From Octopus sinensis (taxonomy: Eukaryota): a stretch of 64,000 bases of DNA. Of this stretch, positions 24,917 through 37,060 are shown in pieces. Positions within the stretch are counted from its first letter, which is position 1. Each line of letters opens with the position of its first letter. Made by a program: the position numbers and the translations under genes. The notes below the pieces were generated by a model that saw only the letters and a program-made list of their open reading frames with translations, did not search any database and was not told the origin of the DNA. Where the stretch lies: the NCBI RefSeq assembly GCF_006345805.1, contig NC_043011.1, positions 13,962,464 to 14,026,463 of the forward strand, given 5' to 3'.

Positions 24917-26289
24917 TTCTTTAACCTGTGAATAACAAATAGAAAACATTAGAGAAAGTTCAAAATTGAAGCGCATCTTTTATGAACATTGTTTCACTAT
25001 CAGCAATCAAGCTTGTTACCGCTAAATCAGCAGAAAACATATTTTTCCATCCCACAGAAATCAAACAAAACCATCTGTTATTTTACATTACTTTGGTTGA
25101 ATTTACCTTTTCTACACAATACTACCAGGCACTTAGTGACATACTATCATTTCTAGCACTTCAGGATTATTAAGTCTTAGAACTTAACAAACTTCCTTGG
25201 TATGAACCAATTGTCAACACTGGATGATATCTGCTCCAACAAACCAATCACTTTGAATGCAACCCCACTGTCCAGTACTGTTACAAACAGTAATACTATC
25301 ATCACCATTTCCCAGCAGAAGTCAATGAGGGAGCCTCTATGTGGATTCTCAACATACTAGAAGAACAACCAAATGTTCCTCAAATTACATCTTATTGTCT
25401 TAAAAAAAGATGGGAAAGCAGGGTAGTTATGTTTGGAACACCTTTGACCATACAATTGTTTCAATTAGGGCCAGCTTGAGATTAAACCCAACATGGCCAA
25501 CAAAATTTAACAAAACCAGCACAACCCAACAAAGGAGCCACTATGTAGTCACTCAATCTGTTGAAATAGCAGCCAAATTTCACTCAAATCACTCTCAACA
25601 ATTTTTTTAGAAGATGAGGTAACACTGGACATAGTTGTGAATGTACTATACCTAAAAAAATACAAGGTTGTGACTGAAATGATTTAATCATAAGTCTCTT
25701 AGACTAAGACTTACCTAGAGATAGTCAACAATAAACATCACTACTACCACCACCACCACCACCACCACCACCACCACCACTTTTGTTTATAGCTATAGAA
25801 AAAAAACACCATGAAAGATAGGATATAACTTCATTAAAAGACTGACCATTAGGAAAATATGTGTGTGTGTGTGTGTGTGGGGGGGGGTTAGATATATTAG
25901 AAAAACAGTCAATAAGAATAAAAGAAACAACAGATGGTTGACTGTTGTAGAACTGATTCTAGAGATAAAACAATTACTGAAATAGACTAAAGGCAAGAAT
26001 ATTTTAACATAATTCTTCCGATGAGCTAACTATCATGAGAGTTAACAGAGCAGGTGGTGGACCACAGCTGATGATCTCTACATTCCTCTTTCGATTTTTT
26101 TCAAAATCATTACTTTCCCACCTGAACTCCACCTTACGCGTGTGATGGTAGTGTTATATATGTTTGGCAAATTCGTTTTAGGAAAAAAAAAAATGGTAAC
26201 AATAATGATCATTAATTATAATTATCAATTAACAAGGTTAGAAGAAATGACAACACTGGATAAAGGGTTAATATAATTGAATATATATT

Positions 26290-26755
26290 TCTTTACTGCC
26301 CACAAGGGGCTAAACACAGAGGGGACAGACAGAGGGATTAAGTCGATTACATCGACCCCAGTGCATAACTGGTACTTAATTTAAGGCGGAGAGCTGGCAG
26401 AAACGTTAGCACGTTGGGCGAAATGCTTAGCGGTATTTCATCTGCTGTTACGTTGTGAGTTCAAATTCCGCCGAGGTCGACTTTACCTTTCATCCTTTTG
26501 GGGTCGATAAATTAAGTACCAGTTACGCACTGGGGTCGATGTAATCGACTTAATACCTATGTCTGTCCTTGTTTGTCCCCTCTATGTTTAGACCCTTGTG
26601 GGTAATAAAGAAATAGGTACTTAATTTATCGACCCCGAAAAAATGAAAGGCAAAGTCGACCTCGGTGGAATTTGAACTCGCAACATAATGACAGACGAAA
26701 TACGGCTACGCATTTTGCCCGGCGTGCTAAAGTTTCTGCCAGCTCACCGCCTTTC
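26290..26755. mobile_element. SINE B (+, 26383-26615) nested in an opposite-strand SINE B
   Basis: 12-bp TSD ggtacttaattt at 26371-26382 and 26616-26627. Confidence 0.9.
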
Positions 26756-27369
26756 CCGGGTTAATATAATTGAATATATATTGAAGGATTTAATCCCAAT
26801 TCTGTAAAAGAGAACCATTTTTCAAAACAGAATAACATTGTGAAAGGACGTTTTGAAATGAATTCAAGAGTAATTATAAGGAATTTGAAAAAATATAGAT
26901 GTTAACCTCTTATTATTTGGTTAACTGTAAATATATAATTGTGTATGTCCTAGCTGAGCATTCAGACAATCAGTAAATATTTTTGTGCATTTCTTTGTAC
27001 TTTGGGATTTGCTAAGTGAAGCAACACCCATAGATGAGTAACAACCTCATAGCTTGAAAACATTAAAAATAATTTTAATATATAAATAAAACAAAGAATA
27101 AATACAACAGTATTTGTTTCATTCATACATGCAGAGACAATGGCCTGACCTTAACAGAAGAAGGGAGTAGTAGCTAGATAGCAAATGAGGACAATTGTTG
27201 TTAAATAACTCTTTAGCAGAGTGTCAGAGAAGGAGGTATTTGACTATTTGTGGAACACACTACATGTTTTCAGGACATCCATACATGAAATGATACTGTT
27301 TTAGATAAGAGGTCACCAATTCATATTCTGTCATCAACTCTTCTATTGTACTGTACCCATGACCTAGAG

Positions 27370-28050
27370 CAGAGATTCTCAACAGGGGTCCATATGATCT
27401 GGGTGGGGGGGTCTATGTAAGATTTTGCTGTTAAAACTTGTGCAATAGGCATAGGAGTGGCTGTGTAGTAAGTAGCTTGCTTACGAACCACTTGGTTCCG
27501 GGTTCAGTCCCACTGCATGGCACCTTGGGCAAGTGTCTTCTACTATAGCCTCGGGCCGACCAAAGCCTTGTGAGTGGATTTGGTAGATAGAAACTGAAAG
27601 AAGCCCATCGTATATATGTGTATATATATATATGTATGTATGTGTGTGTATGTTTGTGTGTCTGTGTTTGTCCTACCCAACATCGCTTAACAACCGATGC
27701 TGGTGTGTTTACGTCCCCGTAACTTAGTGGTTCGGCAAAAGAGACCGATAGAATAAGTACTAGGCTTACAAAGAATAAGTCCTGGGGTCGATTTGCTCGA
27801 CCAAAGGCGGTGCTCTAGCATGGCCACAGTCACATGACTGAAACAAGTAAAAAGAGTAAAAGAGTAATAAATTAGTTATACTTCTACAATACACAAAATA
27901 TTTTCACAATTTTTTTTTTAATACAATCCCTAATAATATCTAATTATAAAAATATGAGACTTTTAAAAACATTATTAGGGTCCAGTAGAGTAAAATAGAA
28001 ATCAAAGAGGTCCATAGGCAAAAAAAAAAAAAAATGGTTAAGAAACACTG
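27370..28050. mobile_element. hAT (Charlie-like) MITE interrupted by a SINE
   Basis: cagagattctcaac ... ggttaagaaacactg termini; the TSD is not matched on the right. Confidence 0.55.
27446..27866 (+). mobile_element. SINE family A (tRNA-derived head, central (TA)/(TG) microsatellite, taaaagag tail), full copy
   Basis: A-box tggctgtgtagt and B-box ggttcagtccc. More than 15 whole or partial copies in the window; may correspond to a described octopus SINE family (not verified). Confidence 0.9.
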
Positions 28051-28399
28051 ATTAAGCGAAACTCAATCCACTTGGCTCTATGGAACTACTGGAGGTAAGG
28101 ATTACCTCACCACTATCAACATAAATCAACGGGATCTTGTTTAAAGTGGAAATTAAAATTCCACACATATCAGAGAGGGGTGGGTTCTGTTCAGCTGAAA
28201 TATCCTTCAATGAATTATAAATTACATATTAATGTCATTAGTAATACCTCTACACACATTAGGTTCTGAAATCACTACCATTAAGTATTCTAAACTGCTG
28301 CAAGACATGCTTCCAGTTCCAGGTGTGTGCAGTACACATTTGTGAAGTGTTAATTATAGAGATGGTGTAGTGTGGTAATCAAGGCATATTGCATCTATA

Positions 28400-28595
28400 A
28401 TGCATGTGTGTGTGAGTGCGTGTGTGAGTGCATGTGTCTGTGAGTGCATGTGCATGTGTGTGAGTGAGTGTGTATGTGTATGTGTATGTGTGTGTGAGTG
28501 CATGTGTGTGAGTGAGTGTGTATGAGTGAGTGTGTATGTGTGTGAGTGAGTGTGTATGTGTGTGAGTGAGTGTGTATGTGTGTGAGTGTGTGTTG
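28400..28595. repeat. (TG)-rich compound microsatellite; similar tracts at about 2610-2720, 42530-42730 and 59270-59340
   Basis: Direct inspection. Confidence 0.9.
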
Positions 28596-28749
28596 TTGTG
28601 AGAGTTTTGCATGTAAACAAGACAAACAAAATTTTTAAAAATCAACAATCTGTGATCCTCAATAGGGAGGAAACATGCTCATGGAAATGCCCCAAAAAAA
28701 CCATAGGTACTTTTGACTTTTAGCAGGTGCCTTTTATCCTTTTCTTTTT

Positions 28750-31700
28750 TTTTTCCAATTACAGGTGTATGCTCAGGGCAGGCCCATTCATTCATACCAT
28801 TCTTGCCACTTCCATCCACCTTTCAGCAAACTGGCTAGAAGACAACACTTCCCCTTCTACCCTTATTCTCCTTTTTAAGTGAAACTTGAAGTTGATCAGG
28901 GATTGGCTGAAGATAAAAGTGTTTGGCTTCAGCCCCTTCAATCTCATCCACCATACAACCTCTTTTGCCATGGCCACCAGGCAAAAAAACACAGCCTCAG
29001 TTAAAAGAAGGTGGCAGAATGATTTTCACGATAGATTCAGTTGACAGCTGGATCTGTCCTATACATAACAGCAGGTGTTTGACATAAACCCACAGGTCAG
29101 TAATGCTCAGGCACTGGATGAGTGCATGCTGGACCATCTCATTGTCCTGTGTGCATCTTGGATATGCTCAACTGATGGCACTTCAGTGCCTGTAAAGTTT
29201 ATCTCAAACAGGTAAAGCTCCTTGGTAGCACTGCCAGGCCAGAGATTTTTGGAAATTATCTATCGGTTCTGGGCCAAAAGATCTCTGGAAAATAGCAGCT
29301 AGCTGATCTTCTTCAACACCCAACGTCTCCCCAAGAACATCGTCACACTTTCCCTCCACTAATCCATTATAAAAAGCTAAAGTGGATGTCCAATTGGCTG
29401 AGGGCTGCAAGCACTTGAAGGTATTCCACTTTCCAAATGCTCCCTCTCAGTCTCTGTTTTACCCAGGACTGCAGCACCGTTAAAGAAACTAGCTGCGGAA
29501 ATATGTTCTGGAGAATGGCGACCACACCTGTTAACCATCTCTGCCTGACCTTTCAGGGATAGCTTCCTCTCAGCCCATTTCTGGGTGAGAGGTAGTCATT
29601 CTGACCAATATTTGTCCATCTGGAGGTCTGGATCAAACCAGACCCCAAGCAATTTAACCAGTCCGTCCATCCTGCACCCAACGACACAGTTGGACAACAT
29701 GGACTTGCTTCTCCAGGTGCCAAGTTGCAAGCCCATTAATTTTTCCTGGTTAATTGTCACTCCTGAAACTGCCTCATAGTCTCTGAGAGCATGTGTTTAT
29801 GATCCAACACTGCTATGGTGACGTTGGCATATGTCAACATACATCGCTCACATCCCAGGTCATGCAGGATGCCTCTCAATGCCTCCTGTTTGTGTAGTAG
29901 TGGCACTGTCAGGTATAGATAGTCAACCCTATCAAAAGCTTCAGACTGATCTAAATTGATCGGGGCCCCACCCGTGCCAGGTTTTCTAGCCACTGATGTA
30001 TCACATGAGGTGGATACAATGATGTATCATATGAGGATGGCGCATGTCTGTGCCTCCCATACCACATCCCCAACAACAAGCACTAATCTTATAGCTAACA
30101 CAATGGCCAAAATTTTGAACTGTGCACTCAACAGAGTGCAGGCCTAAAGTTGTCAATAGAATCTCCTTTGTTTGGATCTTTTCTCAACAATGCTACCACT
30201 CCTTGTTTCACAAAACTGGAAATTCTCCCATTCTGTTGCCAGTTGCAATAAATGTTTGCTAAGAGGTCACCAAACAAGTTTGGCATGTAAGCGTAAAGCT
30301 CGTAGGGCAAACCATCCAAATCAGGTGATTTACCCTTGTGCAGCTAGCCATTCCTTCCTGTATTTCAAAGGCTGTTATCAGCCTTTCGCACTGCTCCACT
30401 TCCCTCACCAAGCGCCGCAGCAGCCTGTTGAGGTAGGATGTAAAATCCATCCTGTAACTTGGTTCACTGCTTCTCCCAAACAGTTGAGCAAAGTGCTGCT
30501 GAAAGGCTACACAAATCTGTCTCAGATCAATTATCATTTGCCTGTTGTGGTCCAGCAAGGATTGAATCATGGATTTATTGCCACGCCGTGCCTCTGTCAC
30601 TCAAGCCTGTTCAACGGCTTTTTCCCTTCATGTCTAAGTGCTCATGCTATAGCTCTGACAACATAACCTTCATGTTTCATGTTGAAGAGTCGGTTGAGTG
30701 CCACTCTGGCTGTGAGTACATCAGCTGCAATGCCTTTTCTAAAAGCTTCATCTAACATTTTGACAAGCTCTGCCTCTACTCTGTTTCTTTCTACCGCTAG
30801 TCCTTTGCTAAACCTTGTCAATTCTACTCTAATTTACCTTTTAAGTGCAAACCACCATTTATTATCAACAATCTCTTAACTAGTTCACTAATCCCAGTCT
30901 CTGAAATCTTTACGTGCCCACAATGACATGTTCAGCTTCCAGTAACTAGTTCCATGTCTATGAAGCCTAAGTTGACAGTACAGATCACGAATTTGAGGTC
31001 TGTGTAGTCGACTACTTTAAACTGTGGACAACCTATGCATTTCTTATCTGCTACCCTACAGAATACCCTATCTAGATATGCTCTGGATGACCTGATGCAG
31101 TTTGACCAGGTCCACACTGGCACATCAGGGAAATCCAGTTGATACCTGTCAAACAGTTGGAATCGTCTGAACAGGTCTGTGAGGCTTTTGCACCCTCCTC
31201 TCCTTTCTGCTAACCCCACACATCCCGACCTTACATCTCAAACTCCATTCCAATCCCCCACTAACACTAAAGAGTGGGACATTCCCAGGAAGTTTTTAGA
31301 TGTCTGAAGAAAATCAGGTCATCCTGCCCCTGTTGGGGCATAGACAGCAACTTACCCGAAAGTATGTCCTTCGCTGCCTGTCATATCCAGGACCACTGAC
31401 TTACCTTCCAGATCCAGAAGATCATCCGTATTGCAAGATCCAGAATTTTCTGAACCATTATGGTGACTCTGCCTCCCACTTCCAGACAACTTGGAGATGC
31501 GTACACCTCAGTCACTAAAAAATGTGTCAGAAGTCCCGTGAGTCGGAAATTTCGGTTTCGCTAATGGCCACCATGTCGACATTCAGTGCTCTGAGGTCAT
31601 TGAGCAGGTGACCCTGCTTCCAAGGCAATCCCAGACCACATATGTTCTCGCTGCCTATTCTGTGCATTACCATGTTGTTGGAGAAAGAATAGAAAAAGGA
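28750..31700 (-). mobile_element. Decayed L1/Tx1-clade LINE ORF2 (APE endonuclease plus RT)
   Basis: VAISET, WTW...LDR, DGLPYELY...NFRP and LDQSEAFDRVD motifs in order, with many stops and frameshifts. Confidence 0.88.
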
Positions 31701-31772
31701 AACTTGGTTTTGTTTGGAGGGGTGGATTGTCCGTCCCTCCTGTTGGCTTGGGGTGCTTCCAGCAGCAAATCA

Positions 31773-32160
31773 TACTCTTTTACTTGTTTCAGTCATTTGA
31801 CTGTGGCCATGCTGAAGCACCACCTTTAGTCGAGCAAATCGACCCCAGGACTTATTCTTTGTAAGCCTAGTACTTATTCTATCGGTCTCTTTTGCTGAAC
31901 CACTAAGTTACAGGAACGCAAACACATCATTGGTTGTCAAGTGATGTTGAGGGGGACAAACACAGACACACAAACACACACACATATATATATACATATA
32001 TACGACAGGCTTCTTTCCCTCTACCAAATCCACTCACAAGGCTTTGGTCGGCCCGAGGCTATAGTAGAAGACACTTGCCGAAGGTGCCACACAGTGGGAC
32101 TGAACCGGGACCATGTGGTTTGTAAGCAAGCTACTTACCACACAGCCACTCCTGCGCCTC
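31773..32160 (-). mobile_element. SINE family A copy
   Basis: Full-length match. Confidence 0.9.
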
Positions 32161-33279
32161 TTGTTGAAATTCCCTCAAAAATCTCTGATTTCCTGTGGAA
32201 ATTGGGTTATTAAGTGTGTGCATGTTTTTTAATTGTTTGAACAATTTGTATGTGTGCAGGTGGGGAGATTGTGGGTGTAACAAAACCTTCTGATATTATG
32301 CTGATGTGTATTATCATGTACTTCATTAATTCCTTGTATTTTGTGCCTATTGCCATGTAGTTTGTAAAGCTAGTCTTTTTACTTTGTGTTTGTTGTTGTT
32401 GTGGTGATGGTCATTGTGGAATGGCTTGTGTTTCAGATGTTAGAGGTGGTGGTGTCAATGCAGTGGCTGTCAAGGCCCGAAATTTTGTGAGAGAGGGAGG
32501 GATAGTTGATTATATCGACCCCAGTGCTCAGCTGGTACTTATTTCATCAACTCCAAAGGGATGAAAGCCATCTTGACGTTGGCAGCATTTGAATCAGAAT
32601 ATAAAGATGGACAAAATGCTGCTATACAATTTGTCTGGCATGTTAATGACTCTGCCAATTCACTGCCTCAATGATAATGATAGCTTATTTTGAAAGTAGG
32701 GCAGTACAAATACAATCTTTAAAATACACTAACAAAAATATATTTTGGGGTGTACATAATACAGCAAAATTCAAATGACCACAAAATTGTTACCTACCCC
32801 ACATACACCTGTACATACAAACATACACTAACATACATAATTAATTACTCTAAAAATTACTTCTCTCTTGTTTTAGATGTATTTTAATACTATTTTTTAT
32901 TCTAAAACAGATTTTTAAATAGACTATGCAGGTATACATGTTCAATATTGAAACTAATAAATATGGTCTTCAAAAGACAGAGACAATCACTGAAACGTGA
33001 TCATGGATATGCAAAAACCTAAACAAGTCTCTATGTCCTCTCTTAACTCCAAAGCATAGGAAAAATTTGAAGATTAGCTTGGTGGTACATACCAAACATT
33101 AAGAGCCCATTCACCTAGTAAATTGAAATTTGAACAACAAATCACAGGCAAATTTAAGCAAACCATGAGTAGGCTGTGCACATGCAAAAGTGCTGGGATT
33201 GAATATATAAACGGTACACTAAATGAATGAATTATTTAATGAACAGTTTTTTTAATGAAATTTGCAACAAACCATGCAT

Positions 33280-33810
33280 AGACTATGCATGTATATATAA
33301 GTGGCTGGGTTCAGTTCCATTGCATGGCACCTTGGACAAGTGTCTTCTACTACAGCCTCAGACTAACCAAAGCCTTGTGAGTGGATTTGGTAGACAGAAA
33401 CTGAAAGAAGCCTGTCGTATATATACACGAGTGACTGTGAGGTAAGAAGCTTTATTCCCAACCACATGGTTCTGGGTTCAGTCCCACTGTGTGGCATCTT
33501 GGGCAAGTATTATCTACTATAGCTTTTGGCCGACCAAAGCCTTGTAAGTGGATTTGGTAAATGGAAACTGAAAGAAGCCCAACATATATATATGTATATA
33601 TTTTTGTATGTGTCTGCATTTGTTCCCACCTCCATCACATGACAACCGATGTTGGTGTGTTTAAGTCCCTGTAACTTAGCAGTTCAGCAAAAGACCGACA
33701 GAATAAGTACTAGGTTTACAAAGAATAAGTTCTGGGGTTGATTTGTTTGACTAAAGGCGGTGCTCTAGTATGGCCACAGTCAAATGACTGAAACAAGTAA
33801 AAGAATATAT
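33280..33810 (+). mobile_element. SINE family A, duplicated head plus full copy
   Basis: Two successive head segments followed by the 3' half. Confidence 0.82.
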
Positions 33811-34566
33811 GTGCATGTGTCTTTATGTCACAGTAACATAACGATTCAGCATAAGTACCAGGCTTTTTAAAAAAAAAAGAATTCAAGGCCAGTGCCCCAG
33901 CATGGCCACAGTCTAATGACTTAAACAAATTAAAAGACAATGGTTCATTAATGTCCACATATACATTTCATGTGGCTTACAAATTTTCATATTTTAAATT
34001 TTCAAATTTTCATATTTTAAAAGGCGGTGCTCCAGCATGGCCACAGTCAAATGACTGAAACAAGTAAAAGAGTACAGGAGATAGAAAATAATATTTCACA
34101 TTTTTTTTTTAAAAAACATAACCATGAATCCACAGAAGACAAAGGAAGCACACACACACACACATTTGCTATTGACAGATGGGCAAATAAACGCCATTTC
34201 ATGCCTTTATGTGGTGTTTGGGTGTGGCTTGCAACAGATTACTCCTATCTATATCTATTTCAATTACTTACGTAACAAACAATTTGGCTAACAAACAGAG
34301 CTCCGGAAAAAGATTATGTTTGTATATAGAGATCCCATTGTATTTATAATGACTATGACACAAATTTGTAAGGAAGGAGTATTTTATGGTTGATAGAATC
34401 TACTCCTGCTACTTGATGAAAGACAACGTTGATCTGAATGGGATCTGACCACTATAGAAACAGAGAACAACACTGTCAGTTCACATCTCCATCCATGCCG
34501 CTCCAAAAATGATGCTACTGACAAGGTTTTCAAGGAGGATGGCAGTGACAATGTGGATAATAACAG

Positions 34567-34976
34567 GGATCTTTTCGCTTTGACCGACAGATTTTAAAAA
34601 TAATTTCTAGTGATGTCATATGAAATTGTCACCCATAATTATGACCCTAGTATCGATCTATTGCATTTCAATCTCTTTTAGGGTTAGTTAGGGTTAGGGG
34701 TGGGAGGAAGGGTATCTTTTTTCTTCACAAATGTAAATAAACCCAATCTGTTTCTTAAACGAGGGACATTTTCATACGGCACAGAATGTTTTCACCTCAA
34801 TAGACGTCATTGATTGGTTGAAATTGCAGAAAATATCTTACAAACTACAGAATTTTCTCAAGAAAGCCAAGAGAAATAGATGTTTTATAAACACATTCTA
34901 CTAGAATACGAATTTTAAAAGTGTTTAGTTACGTGGAAATTATTTTAAAAATCTGCCGGTCAAAGCGAAAAGATCC
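34567..34976 (+). mobile_element. MITE family M, copy 3
   Basis: TIRs; perfect TSD aataacag. Confidence 0.92.
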
Positions 34977-35002
34977 AATAACAGCAATAACAATGTATAT
35001 AA

Positions 35003-36485
35003 TATTAATCCTTTTTACTGTAGGCACAAGGTCTGAAATTTTGAGGGAGGAGGCAAGTCGATTACATTGACCCCAGCACTTATGAGCCCCAAAAGGATGA
35101 CAAGCAAAGTTAACCATGGTAGCTTTTGGACTCAGAATGTAAAGACAGGTGAAGTGCTGTTTAGCATTTTACCTGGCCTGATAATGATTCTGCCATCCAG
35201 CCACCTTAAAATATAATGCTAATAATAAAAATATTTTCTAACACAACCACACAGTTGTTCAAACTTGGGGAAAGGGAACAGTCCATTGTACTGACCATAG
35301 TATTTGATGGGTACTTTATTTCAATGACCCCAGAAAGAGAAAAGCAAAATTCACCTTGCCAACATTCACAAAACATTTTCTCCAATGCTCTCATGATTCT
35401 GCAATGTCACAACTATAATAATAATAATCCTTTCTACTACACACACAAGGCCTGAAATTTTGTGGGAGGGGACTAGTTGAATGCATCAACCCCAGTTGAT
35501 GGAATTTGAACTCGGAACATAATATAAAGACAGACAAAATGCCACTAAGCATTTCACCTGCCGCGCTAACGATTCTGCCAGCTCGCTGCCTTATAATAAT
35601 AATAATAATAATAATAATGATGATGATGGCCAGCAGTTTCAGGGGAGGGGACAAGTTGATTACATCGACCCCAGTGCTCAACTGGTACTTATTTTAATGA
35701 CCCTAAAAGGATGAAAGGCAAAGTCAACCTTGGCAGAATTTGAACTCAGAATGTAAAGACAGACGAAATGCTGCTAAGAATTCTAATGATTCTGTCAGCT
35801 TGCTGCCTAATAATAATAATAATCCTTTCTATTAACGGCACAAGGCTTGAAATGGGGAGGGATACTAGCCAACTACATCAAGGCCAGTGTTTCACTGGTA
35901 CTTAATTTATTGACCCCAAAAGGATGAAAGGCAAAGTTGACCTCGGTGGAATTTGAACTGGGAACGAAGTGACGGGCGAAATACCGCTAAGCATTTTACC
36001 CAGCATGCTAATGACTCTGCCAGCTTGCCACCTTAATAATAATAATCCTTTCTACTGTAGGCACAAAGCCTGAAATTTGGGGGGAGGGGAAAGTCGATCA
36101 TGACCCCAATACCTGACAGGTGCTTAATTTATCGACCCTGAAAGGATGAAAGGCAAAGTCAACCACAACAGAATTTGAACTCAGAACATAAAGATGGGTG
36201 AAATACAGCTAAGTATTTTGCTTGGTGTGCTAACGATTCTGCCAGATTGCCACCTTAATAGTAATAATAATACTTTCTACTATAGGCACAAGGCCTGAAA
36301 TTTGGGGGAGGGTGATAGTCAGTAACATCGACCCCAGTACTTAACTGGTACTTATTTCATCGACCCCGAAAGGATGAAAGTGAAAGTCGACCTTGGCAGA
36401 ATTTGAACCCAGAACACAGAGACAGGTGAAATACTACTAAGCATTTCATCCAGCGTGCTAACGATTCTACTAGCTCACCACCTTA
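35003..36485 (-). mobile_element. Head-to-tail chain of about six SINE B-related copies separated by (AAT)n
   Basis: Repeated aataatcctttctact..ggcacaagg unit starts near 35003, 35420, 35590, 35815, 36036 and 36260. Confidence 0.85.
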
Positions 36486-36659
36486 ATTATAATAATTATA
36501 ATCATTTTTTTATTGCCCACCAAGGGTTTACACTGAGAAAACAGCATTATGGACAGTACAAGACAAAACAAAGAATGAGGGTTTTGCGTGTAAACAGGTT
36601 TAACATAAAGAAAAACAAAAACAATTTTAACAATTTCGTTTTTTCTCAATAGGAAGAAT

Positions 36660-37060
36660 ACATTTGAGGGCTGCTCTGGGAAAAACCCCATAAAACCATG
36701 AGTGCCTTGGCTTCTGGGACAGGTGCCTTTTATCATTTCCTCTTCTGATTACAGACATGCTCAGAGTAGGCCCGTTCACTCACACCATTCTCCTCACGCT
36801 CATCCACCTTCCAGCAAACTGGCTAGAAGGCAACACTTCCCTCTCTACCCTTATTTTCCTTTTCAAGTGAAACTTGAAGAAGTTGATCAGGGATTGGCCA
36901 AAGAGAAAAGTGTTTGCCTTCAGCCCCTTTAATCTCATCCACCATACAACCACTTTCACCATGGCCACTAGGGCACATAAGGACAGCCTGCCCTTCCTGG
37001 TTAAAAGGAAGGCGACAGGGCGATCTTCAATGAGGATAATAATTTCTTGTACAGGGTACA
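36660..37060 (-). mobile_element. Second 3' fragment of the same L1/Tx1 family
   Basis: VVWWMRLKGLK...FHLKRKIRVERE...FAGRW is shared with 28792-28992. Confidence 0.85.

Noticed and set aside
28354-28648. His/Thr-rich ORFs (also 2613-2843 and 42552-42734)
   Set aside because: Translations of (CA)/(TG) microsatellites.
35003-36485. CRISPR-like repeat-spacer array
   Set aside because: Eukaryotic context, roughly 200-bp SINE units with no unique spacers, and no cas genes.
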